Positions 47,635 through 57,301 of a stretch of 64,000 nt of DNA are shown in pieces. Under the pieces are notes generated by a model, which saw nothing but the letters and a program-made list of their open reading frames with translations, ran no database searches and was not told the DNA's origin. Positions within the stretch are counted from its first letter, which is position 1. Every line of letters begins with the position of its first letter. The translations under genes were made by a program, and so were the position numbers. The DNA is from Bacteroidaceae bacterium. Lineage in GTDB: Bacteria; Bacillota_I; Bacilli_A; Erysipelotrichales; Erysipelotrichaceae. Location: the NCBI GenBank assembly GCA_963596085.1, contig CAVBLW010000037.1, positions 20,961 to 84,960 on the forward strand, given 5' to 3'.

Positions 47635-49872
47635 ATGAAAGAACAATGGCAAGGATTTAAGGGACAGAAATGGCAAGATGAAGTTGATGTTCGTGATTTC
47701 ATTCAGAACAACTATACCCCATATGATGGTGACGAAAGCTTTTTAGCAGAACCAACAGAAGCGACAAATCAATTATGGAGTGAACTTCAAAAGCTTCAAA
47801 AAGAAGAACGTGCAAAAAACGGTGTTCTTGATATGGAAACGGAAGTTGTTTCTAGTATTACAGCTTACAAAGCAGCTTATTTAGATAAAGATTTAGAAAA
47901 AGTTGTTGGTTTACAAACAGATAAACCATTAAAACGTGCATTCATGCCTTATGGTGGAATCCGTATGAGTGAAGAAGCATGTGAAACTTATGGATATCAT
48001 CCAAGTGAAAAAATCCATGAAATTTTCACAAAATATCATAAGACACACAACGATGCTGTATTTAGCGCTTATACACCAGAAATGCGTTTAGCACGTCGTA
48101 ATAAAATTATTACTGGACTTCCAGATACTTATGGTCGTGGACGAATTGTTGGTGATTATCGTCGTGTTGCTTTATATGGTATTGATTATTTAATTGAAGA
48201 AAAACAAAAAGATTTTGAATATTGTGGCGATGGAACGATGACAGATGATGTTATTCGTCAAAGAGAAGAATTAGCAGATCAAATTAAAGCTTTAAAAGAT
48301 ATGAAAGTGATGGCGGCTGATTATGGATTTGATATCAGTGTTCCAGCAAAAGATTCAAAAGAAGCTTGTCAATGGTTGTATTTTGCCTACTTAGCCGCCA
48401 TTAAAACACAAAACGGGGCTGCAATGAGTGTTGGTCGTATTTCAACTTTCTTAGATATTTATTTCCAACGTGATTTAGAAAATGGTGTATATACAGAAAG
48501 TGAAATTCAAGAAATGGTTGACCATATGACAATGAAATTCCGTATGGTTAAATTTGCTCGTATTCCAAGTTATAACCAATTATTCTCTGGAGATCCAGTT
48601 TGGGCTACATTGGATGTTGCTGGTTTAGGCATGGATGGAAGAAGCATGGTTACAAAAACTTGTTTCCGTTTCTTACATACACTTGAAAACATGGGACCAA
48701 GTCCAGAACCAAACTTAACTGTATTGTATTCTAGTCGTTTACCAGAAGCATTTAAGAAATATTCATCGAAAATTTCAATTGATACAAGCAGTATTCAATA
48801 TGAAAATGATGATGTTATGCGTCCAGTATGGGGTGATGATTATGCCGTATGTTGCTGTGTTAGTGCAACACAAACTGGTAAAGAAATGCAATTCTTTGGT
48901 GCCCGTGCAAACTTAGCAAAATGTTTATTATATGCAATTAATGGTGGTGTTGATGAAAAATCAAAAACACAAGTTGGACCAGAATATCAACCAATTTCAA
49001 GTGAATATTTAGATTATGATGAAGTAATGCATAAATATGATGTGATGATGGATTGGTTATCTGGTTTATATGTAAATGTTTTGAACTTGATTCAATATAT
49101 GCATGATAAATATTATTATGAAGCAAGCCAAATGGCTTTAATTGATACCAATGTACGTCGTACGTTTGCGACAGGTATTGCTGGATTCTCACACGTTGTT
49201 GACTCATTAAGTGCAATCAAATATGCCAAAGTAAAAACAATTCGTGATGAAGATGGTTTAGTTATTGATTATGAAGTAGAAGGTGACTTCCCTCGTTATG
49301 GAAATGATGACCAACGTGCTGATGATATTGCGGTTTGGTTATTAAAGACCTTCATGAAGAAGATTGAAAAACATCATACATATCGTGATAGTGAACCAAC
49401 AACTTCAATCTTAACAATTACTTCTAATGTCGTATATGGAAAAGCAACAGGTGCTTTACCAGATGGAAGAAAAGCTGGAGAACCTTTATCACCAGGTGCT
49501 AACCCATCTTATGGTGCTGAACAATCTGGTTTATTAGCTTCTTTAAATTCTGTTGCAAAATTACCTTATGAATATGCTTTGGATGGTATTAGTAATACAC
49601 AAACAATTAATCCAGATGCACTTGGACATAGTGAACAAGAACGTGTTGATAATTTAGTCAATGTCTTAGATGGATACTTTGATCAAGGTGCACATCATTT
49701 GAATGTCAATGTATTTGGTGTTGAAAAATTAAAAGATGCAATGGAACATCCAGAAAAAGAAGAATATGCAAACTTCACAATTCGTGTTTCTGGTTACGCT
49801 GTTAAATTTATCGATTTAACTCGTGAACAACAATTAGATGTAATTAGTCGTACATGTCATGAGAGCCTATAA
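47635..49872 (+). CDS. pflB: formate C-acetyltransferase (pyruvate formate-lyase)
   Basis: Glycyl-radical motif RVSGYAV near the C-terminus, active-site CC (VCCCVS). AAGGAGGA 5 nt before ATG 47635. Confidence 0.97.
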   Translation: MKEQWQGFKGQKWQDEVDVRDFIQNNYTPYDGDESFLAEPTEATNQLWSELQKLQKEERAKNGVLDMETEVVSSITAYKAAYLDKDLEKVVGLQTDKPLKRAFMPYGGIRMSEEACETYGYHPSEKIHEIFTKYHKTHNDAVFSAYTPEMRLARRNKIITGLPDTYGRGRIVGDYRRVALYGIDYLIEEKQKDFEYCGDGTMTDDVIRQREELADQIKALKDMKVMAADYGFDISVPAKDSKEACQWLYFAYLAAIKTQNGAAMSVGRISTFLDIYFQRDLENGVYTESEIQEMVDHMTMKFRMVKFARIPSYNQLFSGDPVWATLDVAGLGMDGRSMVTKTCFRFLHTLENMGPSPEPNLTVLYSSRLPEAFKKYSSKISIDTSSIQYENDDVMRPVWGDDYAVCCCVSATQTGKEMQFFGARANLAKCLLYAINGGVDEKSKTQVGPEYQPISSEYLDYDEVMHKYDVMMDWLSGLYVNVLNLIQYMHDKYYYEASQMALIDTNVRRTFATGIAGFSHVVDSLSAIKYAKVKTIRDEDGLVIDYEVEGDFPRYGNDDQRADDIAVWLLKTFMKKIEKHHTYRDSEPTTSILTITSNVVYGKATGALPDGRKAGEPLSPGANPSYGAEQSGLLASLNSVAKLPYEYALDGISNTQTINPDALGHSEQERVDNLVNVLDGYFDQGAHHLNVNVFGVEKLKDAMEHPEKEEYANFTIRVSGYAVKFIDLTREQQLDVISRTCHESL

Positions 49873-49887
49873 TTAGGCTCTTCTTTT
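49861..49887 (+). terminator. hairpin between pflB and pflA (partial terminator)
   Basis: GAGCCTA-taat-TAGGCTC followed by TTCTTTTC, overlapping the pflB stop. Confidence 0.5.
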
Positions 49888-49903
49888 CAGAAGGAGGATT
49901 TAT

Positions 49904-50641
49904 ATGTTGGGTGCAATCCATTCGATTGAAACGTTTGGTTCTGTTGATGGACCTGGTGTTCGTTATGTCATTTTTATGCAAGGGTGTCAAATGCGTTGTC
50001 AATTTTGTCATAATGCGGATACATGGAAGTTACAAGAAGGACAAGTACAGGCCAGTGAAGTATTAAAAAAAGCCTTACGATATAAATCCTATTGGAAATC
50101 CAATGGTGGTATTACAGTCAGTGGTGGAGAGCCTTTGCTTCAAATTGATTTTTTGATTGAACTCTTTACTCTTGCTAAAAAAGAAGGCGTTCATACAACC
50201 TTGGATACTTGTGGACAACCTTTTACCAAAGAGGAACCCTTTTATTCCAAATTAGAAGAACTAATGAAGGTCTGTGATTTGGTTTTACTGGATTTGAAAC
50301 AGATTGATGAAGAAAAACATAAAATTTTAACAAAACATAGTAATCAAAACATCTTAGAATTTGCACGTTATTTATCGGATATTAAGAAACCTGTATGGAT
50401 TCGACATGTGACCATTCCGTCAATTAATGATTCAGATGAAGAATTGGAACGTTTGGATCGATTTATTCGATCTTTAAATAATATTCAACGTGTCGATGTT
50501 CTACCATACCATACCTTAGGAAAATATAAGTGGGAACAATTGGGTCTTGATTATCCTTTAGAAGGAATAAATCCACCAAGTAAAGAACACGTAAACTATG
50601 TAAAAGAAAAATTACATGTTCAATCCTATATGATATACTAG
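49904..50641 (+). CDS. pflA: pyruvate formate-lyase activating enzyme (radical SAM)
   Basis: IHSIETFGSVDGPGVR and CxxxCxxC (CQMRCQFCHN). Confidence 0.96.
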   Translation: MLGAIHSIETFGSVDGPGVRYVIFMQGCQMRCQFCHNADTWKLQEGQVQASEVLKKALRYKSYWKSNGGITVSGGEPLLQIDFLIELFTLAKKEGVHTTLDTCGQPFTKEEPFYSKLEELMKVCDLVLLDLKQIDEEKHKILTKHSNQNILEFARYLSDIKKPVWIRHVTIPSINDSDEELERLDRFIRSLNNIQRVDVLPYHTLGKYKWEQLGLDYPLEGINPPSKEHVNYVKEKLHVQSYMIY

Positions 50642-50642
50642 A

Positions 50643-50670
50643 AGATGGAAACCCTTTCCATCTTTTTTTT
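50643..50670 (+). terminator. intrinsic terminator after pflA
   Basis: AGATGGAAA-ccc-TTTCCATCT followed by TTTTTTT. Confidence 0.8.
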
Positions 50671-50703
50671 GTAAAAAAATTATCGCAAAACGATAAAAAT
50701 ATA

Positions 50704-50731
50704 TTGACAAACATTTTGTTCGCGATATACT
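50704..50731 (+). promoter_or_regulatory. candidate sigma-A promoter
   Basis: TTGACA-N16-TATACT upstream of the AIM24-family gene. Confidence 0.5.
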
Positions 50732-50761
50732 AAATACAGATAAAGAGAAAGGGAAACTACA

Positions 50762-51451
50762 ATGAACTATGAAAAGATTGGCGATTCAGATAATCCGATT
50801 ATTCAAATACAATTAAATAAAGATGAACAAGTGAAAATTGAAAGGGGAGCGATGGTTTACCTTCAAAATGTTAAAATTGAAGGAAAAACCAACAGCAAGA
50901 CACAAGGGATTGGTGGCTTCATTCGTGCAACCGGGCGTTCTTTAGCCAGTGGTGAAAGTGTTTTTATGACCTATGCGAAAGGCGAAAAAGACAAGGCTCG
51001 AATTGGAATTGCTCCAGCTATTCCAGGGAAAATTGTCTGTTTAAAAGTTGATGCGAATCAACAATATCGTTTAAATTCCGGGGCTTTTTTAGCAAGTGAT
51101 GAAAAGGTCTCTTATGTTATCAAAAAACAAAATGTCGGTAAAGCCCTCTTTTCAGGAACTGGTGGTTTGTTTGTAATGGAAACCGAAGGGCAAGGGGATC
51201 TTTTAGTTAATGCCTTTGGGGATTTAATGGAATTAGAAGTAAAAGAAGATCAACCACTGGTTATTGATAATGAACATGTGGTGGCTTGGGACCGATCACT
51301 GGAATATTCATTAAAAATAGCCAGTGGAACTTTTGGTTTTATGACTGGGGAAGGAATCGTAAATGAATTTAGAGGGAATGGAAAGATTTGGATCCAAACC
51401 CGAAATATTAAGGATTTAGCAAAATCTGTCAGTGTTCATATTGTAAGCTAA
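50762..51451 (+). CDS. AIM24/TIGR00266 (DUF124) family protein
   Basis: About 229 aa. Pattern IQLNKDEQVKIERGAMVY...GGLFVMETEGQGDLLVNAFGDL...VVAWD...GEGIVNEFRG.GKIWIQTR is typical of the family. Confidence 0.75.
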   Translation: MNYEKIGDSDNPIIQIQLNKDEQVKIERGAMVYLQNVKIEGKTNSKTQGIGGFIRATGRSLASGESVFMTYAKGEKDKARIGIAPAIPGKIVCLKVDANQQYRLNSGAFLASDEKVSYVIKKQNVGKALFSGTGGLFVMETEGQGDLLVNAFGDLMELEVKEDQPLVIDNEHVVAWDRSLEYSLKIASGTFGFMTGEGIVNEFRGNGKIWIQTRNIKDLAKSVSVHIVS

Positions 51452-51468
51452 ATAGAAAGGTGAATAGA

Positions 51469-53616
51469 ATGAAAAAGAAATTTAGTATCTTAGTCACGAT
51501 TCTAATCGTAATGAGTTTATTAACTGGATGTTCCATGGATTCGCTCTATGAATTGGGCAATGATGTAAAACCAGGAAAAACCATTTCAAATCATTCAAAA
51601 TGGATTGACTCAGATATTGTTGGAGCGATTGATGAAAGTGTAAAGGTCAATGAAAAAGATGATTTCCATACCGCAACCAATCGGAAGTGGTTGTTGAAAA
51701 CAGATTTACCAAAGGTCCTCGCAAATGCACAAAGTAAAGATGCAAGTACCTTTGATGATGCAATGCAAATTGTTCAAAAACGAAGCATTGAGATGTTATA
51801 CAAATCCGATGATGAAGTGATCCCAAGTACGATGAGTCAGGAAAAATATGATCATGTACAGACCTTAACGAGTGATTTAGCGAACTTATTGATGGATTGG
51901 GATACAAGAAATCAAAAAGGTGTAGAACCTGCACGACAAAGTATTGAAGAAATCGCAAACATTCAATCTATGGATGAATTGAGCTATTATTTAACGAATA
52001 CAAATCCAAGTGCTATTGATTCGTTTATTACGTTAGATGTATCGAAAGCATACTATTCAAGAAAAGAGAATTCCGTTTGGATTGCACCTACTGAAAATTG
52101 GTTGATGGGTGCAAGTGAATATTATTCAGATGTTGGTGCATCTTTTTATGATTTTAAAGCAAATAATCGAAAAGCAATGAATTATGTGCTTGGAAAATTA
52201 GGCTATTCCAAATCAGAGATTAAGAAAATTATTAGACAAAGCTATCAATTTGAAGCAAAATTAGCAGGCGCACATAGTACCCAAATGGAACAAAGTGATT
52301 TAGAGAGTTATTTAAAATCCTATTTAAATGAAAAATATGATTTAAAACAGATTGAAGAAATCTGTGGTGATTTCCCAATTGAAGGTATTGTTTCGGCATA
52401 TCAAGCAACGGATTCTAAGAAGTTCTCTTTAAATGAAGAAAAATATATGAAGAAGTTGGGAACGATTTATAATGAAAATAATTTAGAAAAGATGAAGTCT
52501 TTCTTAATTGCGAAAACAGTCAATAACTTACTTCCATATTTAGATCGTGAATCCTATGATATTAGTCAAGAACGCCAATATACGATTACGCAAACAAGCC
52601 AAGTTGATGAAGATGCTAAGGGTCAAGATAAAATTGAACAAGAAGCTTTAGCTGCTGAAAATGCTATGATTTCTGATGTCTTAGATGAAGTTTATGTTGC
52701 TCGTTATGTCAATGCGAGTGATAAAGCCGCTTTAGAACAAATGGTTCAAGATATGGTTTCATACTATCGTAATATGATTCAAGAGGAAACTTGGTTATCG
52801 AAGACGACACGTAAAAAGGCGATTGAAAAATTAGATCACATGACTTGTCGTGTATTATATGCCGAAAATCAAAAAGATTATAGTACTTTGAACTTTGATG
52901 CCAATGGTAGTTTGGTTGATGCATATTATTCAATCGAAAATTACAATAAAGACAATTTATCGAGTAAGGTGAATCAAGCTGTCGATGAGAGTCAATTTGA
53001 TACATCACAAATGAATTTAAGAACCGTTAATGCTTTCTATAATCCAAGTGATAACTCGATTAATATCATTCCAGCTATTATTGCAGAATCAACCATTTAT
53101 GATTCAAATGGTTCTTATGAACATAATTTAGGTGGTATTGGAATGATTATCGGACATGAAATTAGTCATGGTTTTGATACAACCGGATCAGAATATGATA
53201 AAGATGGCTACAAGAAAAATTGGTGGACAGACAAGGATCGTGAAAACTTCCAACAACGTGCTGATCAATTAATCAAATATTATGATGCTCTTGAAGCAGC
53301 TGATACTTTAGGTAGTTATGGTGATTTAATTAAAGATGAAGCGATTGCCGATATGGGTGGAATGAAATGTACTTTAGGCTTAGCAAAAAAACAAGATAAC
53401 TTTGATTATGAAGAATACTTCCATAGTTTTGCCAGAGTTTGGCGAATTAAATGTACCTATGGTAAGGAACAACAATATATGGAAGATTCGCATCCATTAG
53501 CCTTCTTACGTACGAATGTTACGGTTCAACAGTTTGATGAATTCAATGATACTTTCCATATTCAAAAAGGAGATGGAATGTATTTAGCGAAGAACAAGCG
53601 AATTAATGTTTGGTAG
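51469..53616 (+). CDS. pepO: M13-family zinc metalloendopeptidase (PepO-like), lipoprotein
   Basis: Lipobox LLTGC-S, HExxH (IGHEISHGFD), downstream EAIADMGG motif. GTG 51460 is an alternative start. Confidence 0.85.
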   Translation: MKKKFSILVTILIVMSLLTGCSMDSLYELGNDVKPGKTISNHSKWIDSDIVGAIDESVKVNEKDDFHTATNRKWLLKTDLPKVLANAQSKDASTFDDAMQIVQKRSIEMLYKSDDEVIPSTMSQEKYDHVQTLTSDLANLLMDWDTRNQKGVEPARQSIEEIANIQSMDELSYYLTNTNPSAIDSFITLDVSKAYYSRKENSVWIAPTENWLMGASEYYSDVGASFYDFKANNRKAMNYVLGKLGYSKSEIKKIIRQSYQFEAKLAGAHSTQMEQSDLESYLKSYLNEKYDLKQIEEICGDFPIEGIVSAYQATDSKKFSLNEEKYMKKLGTIYNENNLEKMKSFLIAKTVNNLLPYLDRESYDISQERQYTITQTSQVDEDAKGQDKIEQEALAAENAMISDVLDEVYVARYVNASDKAALEQMVQDMVSYYRNMIQEETWLSKTTRKKAIEKLDHMTCRVLYAENQKDYSTLNFDANGSLVDAYYSIENYNKDNLSSKVNQAVDESQFDTSQMNLRTVNAFYNPSDNSINIIPAIIAESTIYDSNGSYEHNLGGIGMIIGHEISHGFDTTGSEYDKDGYKKNWWTDKDRENFQQRADQLIKYYDALEAADTLGSYGDLIKDEAIADMGGMKCTLGLAKKQDNFDYEEYFHSFARVWRIKCTYGKEQQYMEDSHPLAFLRTNVTVQQFDEFNDTFHIQKGDGMYLAKNKRINVW

Positions 53617-53628
53617 AAAGGGAAACTT

Positions 53629-54441
53629 ATGAAACAATCAATCATACATTTAGCGAATATAGAAAAAAGTTATGGAAAACATCAAGTTTTAAAAAATGTC
53701 AATTTAGATGTTAAAAAAGGAGATATCTTTGGATTAGTTGGTAAGAATGGAGCCGGAAAAACAACGATTTTTAAAGTATTGCTGGGTTTATCAACATATC
53801 AAAAAGGAAGTATGCACATTGGAGATGAGGGCGATAGCCTAGATGAAGGTCGTAAAAAAATTGGTTTTCTAATTGGAAGTAATTTCTTTCCTTATATGAA
53901 TGCAAGACAAAATCTCGAATACTTCCGAATTATGAAAGGAATCAAAGATAAAAAAGAAATCGATCGGGTTTTAAAGATCGTTGAATTAGAAAAAGCCAAA
54001 GGCCCTTATAAAAACTATTCATTGGGAATGAAACAACGTTTAGGTATTGCTAATGCGATTATGGGTTCACCAGAAATCTTAATTTTAGATGAACCAACCA
54101 ATGGATTGGATCCACAAGGGATTGCAGATATTCGTACTTTAGTTCAAAAATTAAATGAGGAATATGGGATGACGATTATTATTTCGAGTCATATTTTAGG
54201 TGAACTTCAACATACGGCGCATACTTTTGGAATGTTGAAGGATGGACAGATGTTAAAGACCATTACCAGTGATGATTTAATTAGTGATCATAAATCCGTT
54301 CGTTTACAAGTGGATGATGTAGCTAAAGCTAAGGCAATTTTAGCACAAGCTGGTGTTCAAATTTTAGGTGAACAAATGGAAACAATGAGTTTAGAAGACT
54401 ACTATTTCGGCTTGTTAAATGCCAAAAGTGAGGAGGAATAA
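53629..54441 (+). CDS. ABC transporter ATP-binding protein (ABC-2 exporter type)
   Basis: Walker A GKNGAGKTT, signature SLGMKQR, Walker B ILILDEP. Confidence 0.9.
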   Translation: MKQSIIHLANIEKSYGKHQVLKNVNLDVKKGDIFGLVGKNGAGKTTIFKVLLGLSTYQKGSMHIGDEGDSLDEGRKKIGFLIGSNFFPYMNARQNLEYFRIMKGIKDKKEIDRVLKIVELEKAKGPYKNYSLGMKQRLGIANAIMGSPEILILDEPTNGLDPQGIADIRTLVQKLNEEYGMTIIISSHILGELQHTAHTFGMLKDGQMLKTITSDDLISDHKSVRLQVDDVAKAKAILAQAGVQILGEQMETMSLEDYYFGLLNAKSEEE

Positions 54442-54443
54442 GT

Positions 54444-55187
54444 ATGAAGAATTATTGGAAAGCAAATTGTAAACGAATCCTTTCTAGAAAGATAAGAATC
54501 ATTATTACGCTTTTACTCTTTATTGCTTTGGATGCACTTATGATTTATTCATCAAAAAATCAAAAATGGAATTCGGTTACATTTATGGATACACTTCAAG
54601 GTTGTAAAACAGTATTGGTTGTTGCGCTTGGCTTAATTGAATTTATTTTTGTCTATGCTTCGGATTTAAAAGCTAAAACGATGCAAACAGCCATTGCAAT
54701 GGGTGTTCGTAGACGACATGTTATCTTGACAAAATATTTTGATTTAGCGTTCTTGACGATTGTTGATTTATTAATCTTAACAGCGAGTCAATTGATTGTA
54801 GGTGCGATTACTGGTGCACCTTTACAAGCGTATCAAATCGGCGATTTATTGATCTTGATTTTTATGACTTGGTTAAGTATTCAAGCCTATGCTGGATTTG
54901 CGATTATTGTAACGCTTTTATTACAGAATTCAGCATTGGGTGGTTTGGTTTACTTGATTTTCGCAACGAAACAAGGATACAACGTTCTTAGTTTTCTATT
55001 CAATTTAAAGATTATTCGTAGTTTACAATTATCAGGATATTTGTTGTCACCCTCTTTGAATAAGTTCCAAGCACAGATTTTAACAAGTAACTTTGATTTC
55101 TTTAGCTTTATCTTAATTATATTCTATATCGTAATTGCATTTGTATTGTGTTTACGTGTATTCCACAAGAAAGAATTAAATTTATAG
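54444..55187 (+). CDS. ABC-2 type transporter permease
   Basis: 247 aa with about 6 TM segments, 2 nt after the ATPase gene. Size and topology resemble bacteriocin/lantibiotic-immunity type permeases (not proven). Confidence 0.6.
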   Translation: MKNYWKANCKRILSRKIRIIITLLLFIALDALMIYSSKNQKWNSVTFMDTLQGCKTVLVVALGLIEFIFVYASDLKAKTMQTAIAMGVRRRHVILTKYFDLAFLTIVDLLILTASQLIVGAITGAPLQAYQIGDLLILIFMTWLSIQAYAGFAIIVTLLLQNSALGGLVYLIFATKQGYNVLSFLFNLKIIRSLQLSGYLLSPSLNKFQAQILTSNFDFFSFILIIFYIVIAFVLCLRVFHKKELNL

Positions 55188-55191
55188 AAAT

Positions 55192-55213
55192 AGCCGATCT
55201 TTCGGCTTTTTTT
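55192..55213 (+). terminator. intrinsic terminator
   Basis: AGCCGA-tctt-TCGGCT followed by TTTTTT. Confidence 0.7.
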
Positions 55214-55244
55214 GTTAAAATAGAAAATAAGTGAGGGATGCAAA

Positions 55245-56249
55245 TTGAACGAAGAAAAAATTTTACCATTGCAATTGATGATTACACCTTTCCAGTCAGG
55301 AAGTTGTAAATGTATGATTGATACAATCCAAAACCAAGATTTAAAAAATTTGCTCTTAGCTGAATATTATTATTTTAAAGCAGATCCAATCAGGGCGACA
55401 AGTTATGCAAAGCCTTATCTTTCGAGTCCAGATGAAATGATTCGAATGTATGCATGGATTTTGTATACTTTTGGTAACGTTTCTTTAGGGAAATCTAGAT
55501 TATCGGCTGTTGGAGTAGAAGAAATACAAAAAACAATTTTAAATGGAGACGCTTATAGTACAAAAGAGAAGAACTTAACTTTGATTTTAATTGTGGAAGC
55601 AGCACGTATTTTATTTGATTTACCTGTAAAACAAGTGCAGATTGAGCCGGAAGTTTTTAATGAATTTCCAGAGCAAATGAAAATTTTTGCAAGCTATTTA
55701 AAAGCACATGAAGCCTATAATGAGGGAAAGTATCAAAAATCATTAGGAATGATTGAAACAACCCTATTATTTGCTTCAAATACGTATCCGATTTTATTTA
55801 TTTACTTATATATTGTGGCTGCAGTTGATGCCATTAGTTTAAAACAAATTGAACAAGGACAAGATTATTTTATGAAGGCTTGGACTTTAGCACAGGCTGA
55901 TGGCTTTTTGGAGCCGATTGGTGAATATCATGGCCTATTAAAAGGACTTGTTGAGACTTGCGTTCGACAAGATCATCCGAAATTGTATAAAAAAATTGTG
56001 CAAATCACCAATGATTTTGGTCATGGTTGGATGAAGGTTCGTGATTTAAGCGAAAAATCCGAAGCGGCTGATTTATTGACAAGTATTGAATTTACTATAG
56101 CGAGTTTAGCAGATCGAGATTGGACGAATCAAGAAATTGCAGATTATTTAGGGATAAGTATTCGAACGGTTAAATATCATATGACAAGCATCTTTAATAA
56201 ATTTAATATTAATAGTCGAAAAGAAATAAGAGAACATTTACCAAGTTAA
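55245..56249 (+). CDS. LuxR-family transcriptional regulator with helical-repeat N-terminal domain
   Basis: C-terminal HTH LADRDWTNQEIADYLGISIRTVKYHMTSIFNKFNINSRKEI. N-terminal about 260 aa are helical/TPR-like. TTG start is preceded by GAGGGA. Confidence 0.8.
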   Translation: MNEEKILPLQLMITPFQSGSCKCMIDTIQNQDLKNLLLAEYYYFKADPIRATSYAKPYLSSPDEMIRMYAWILYTFGNVSLGKSRLSAVGVEEIQKTILNGDAYSTKEKNLTLILIVEAARILFDLPVKQVQIEPEVFNEFPEQMKIFASYLKAHEAYNEGKYQKSLGMIETTLLFASNTYPILFIYLYIVAAVDAISLKQIEQGQDYFMKAWTLAQADGFLEPIGEYHGLLKGLVETCVRQDHPKLYKKIVQITNDFGHGWMKVRDLSEKSEAADLLTSIEFTIASLADRDWTNQEIADYLGISIRTVKYHMTSIFNKFNINSRKEIREHLPS

Positions 56250-56346
56250 CTGTTCTTTTTTTTTGAAAAAAGTACATGTTTATTCGAAAGAAAAATAGAT
56301 ATAATCTGCTATGTAGAAACATTGATTTTATCATTGTTTACTTTTT

Positions 56347-56435
56347 AATACTGTTTATTACTTTATTCTATAGAAGAGCATGTTCCTCTCATAAATAACA
56401 TCCTAGTCAATAAGAATAAACAGTATTTTGTTTTT
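56347..56435 (+). promoter_or_regulatory. long-range inverted repeat plus U-tract in the aqpZ upstream region
   Basis: AATACTGTTTATT (56347-56359) and its exact complement AATAAACAGTATT (56415-56427), separated by 55 nt and followed by TTGTTTTT. Confidence 0.35.
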
Positions 56436-56490
56436 AGGGAATGATTGAAAATTGTATGAAAGTTAAGAAGGGAAAAGAGGGAAATAAAAA

Positions 56491-57183
56491 ATGAAGAAAT
56501 ATGTAGCAGAATTTATTGGGACTGCAACTCTAGTTACAATTGGCTGTGGAACAGCCATGCTTGTAGGCTGTAAAGCGAGTGAAGGTTGTGGATATTTATT
56601 AACAGCATTTGCCTTTGGTTTGACGATTGTAGCAATGGCTTATTCCATTGGTAACATATCTGGATGTCATATTAATCCAGCTGTCTCTTTAGGTGTTTAT
56701 TTAAATGGTGGAATGGAATCTAAAGATTTTTTGGGATATATCGTTTCTCAATGTTTAGGCGCTTTATTTGGATCCTTTTTATTAAAGACAATTTTTTCTT
56801 TGGGGAATGTTGTAGATTTAACTGGCGGATTTGGAAGTAATGGATTAGCTGGTGTAAATGGTAGTACTGGTGCTGGTTTACTTGTTGAAATCGTTTTGAC
56901 TTTTATTTTCGTATTAACAATTTTAGGCGTGACAAGTGAAAAATTTAAACATGGATCTTTTGCGGGTCTAGTGATTGGTTTCACGTTAGTGCTTGTGCAT
57001 ATTTTAGGTATTGGCCTAACTGGAACAAGTGTTAATCCGGCGCGTAGTATTGGACCGGCAATTGTAAGTGCAATGAGTGGAAATGCTACAGCACTTTCTT
57101 GTTTATGGGTGTTTATAGTAGGACCATTGATTGGTGCATGTCTTTCAGCTTTTGTATGGAAATACTTAAGTTCTGAAAATTAA
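56491..57183 (+). CDS. aqpZ: aquaporin (MIP family, AqpZ-like)
   Basis: Two NPA boxes (HINPAVS, VNPARS), 6-TM profile, 230 aa. Confidence 0.92.
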   Translation: MKKYVAEFIGTATLVTIGCGTAMLVGCKASEGCGYLLTAFAFGLTIVAMAYSIGNISGCHINPAVSLGVYLNGGMESKDFLGYIVSQCLGALFGSFLLKTIFSLGNVVDLTGGFGSNGLAGVNGSTGAGLLVEIVLTFIFVLTILGVTSEKFKHGSFAGLVIGFTLVLVHILGIGLTGTSVNPARSIGPAIVSAMSGNATALSCLWVFIVGPLIGACLSAFVWKYLSSEN

Positions 57184-57202
57184 TAATTTGCCTTTCTCTT
57201 TT

Positions 57203-57240
57203 GGAAGTTTAGCAATTTAATTGTTGAACTTCCTTTTTTT
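57203..57240 (+). terminator. intrinsic terminator after the aquaporin gene
   Basis: GGAAGTT-17 nt-AACTTCC followed by TTTTTTT. Confidence 0.6.
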
Positions 57241-57263
57241 GTGATTGATAAACATTTCACAAA
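57238..57263. promoter_or_regulatory. 7-N12-7 inverted repeat (candidate operator)
   Basis: TTTGTGA-ttgataaacatt-TCACAAA about 40 nt upstream of ATG 57302. Confidence 0.3.
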
Positions 57264-57301
57264 GGCATATGATATGGATAGAGGAAATATAGGAGGTTTA
57301 T

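Noticed and set aside
56276-56398. Annotating the 40-codon hydrophobic ORF upstream of aqpZ as a type I toxin gene.
   Set aside because: It has no Shine-Dalgarno, no recognisable toxin family motif and no evidence of an antisense RNA promoter. It is reported only as a possibility within a finding.
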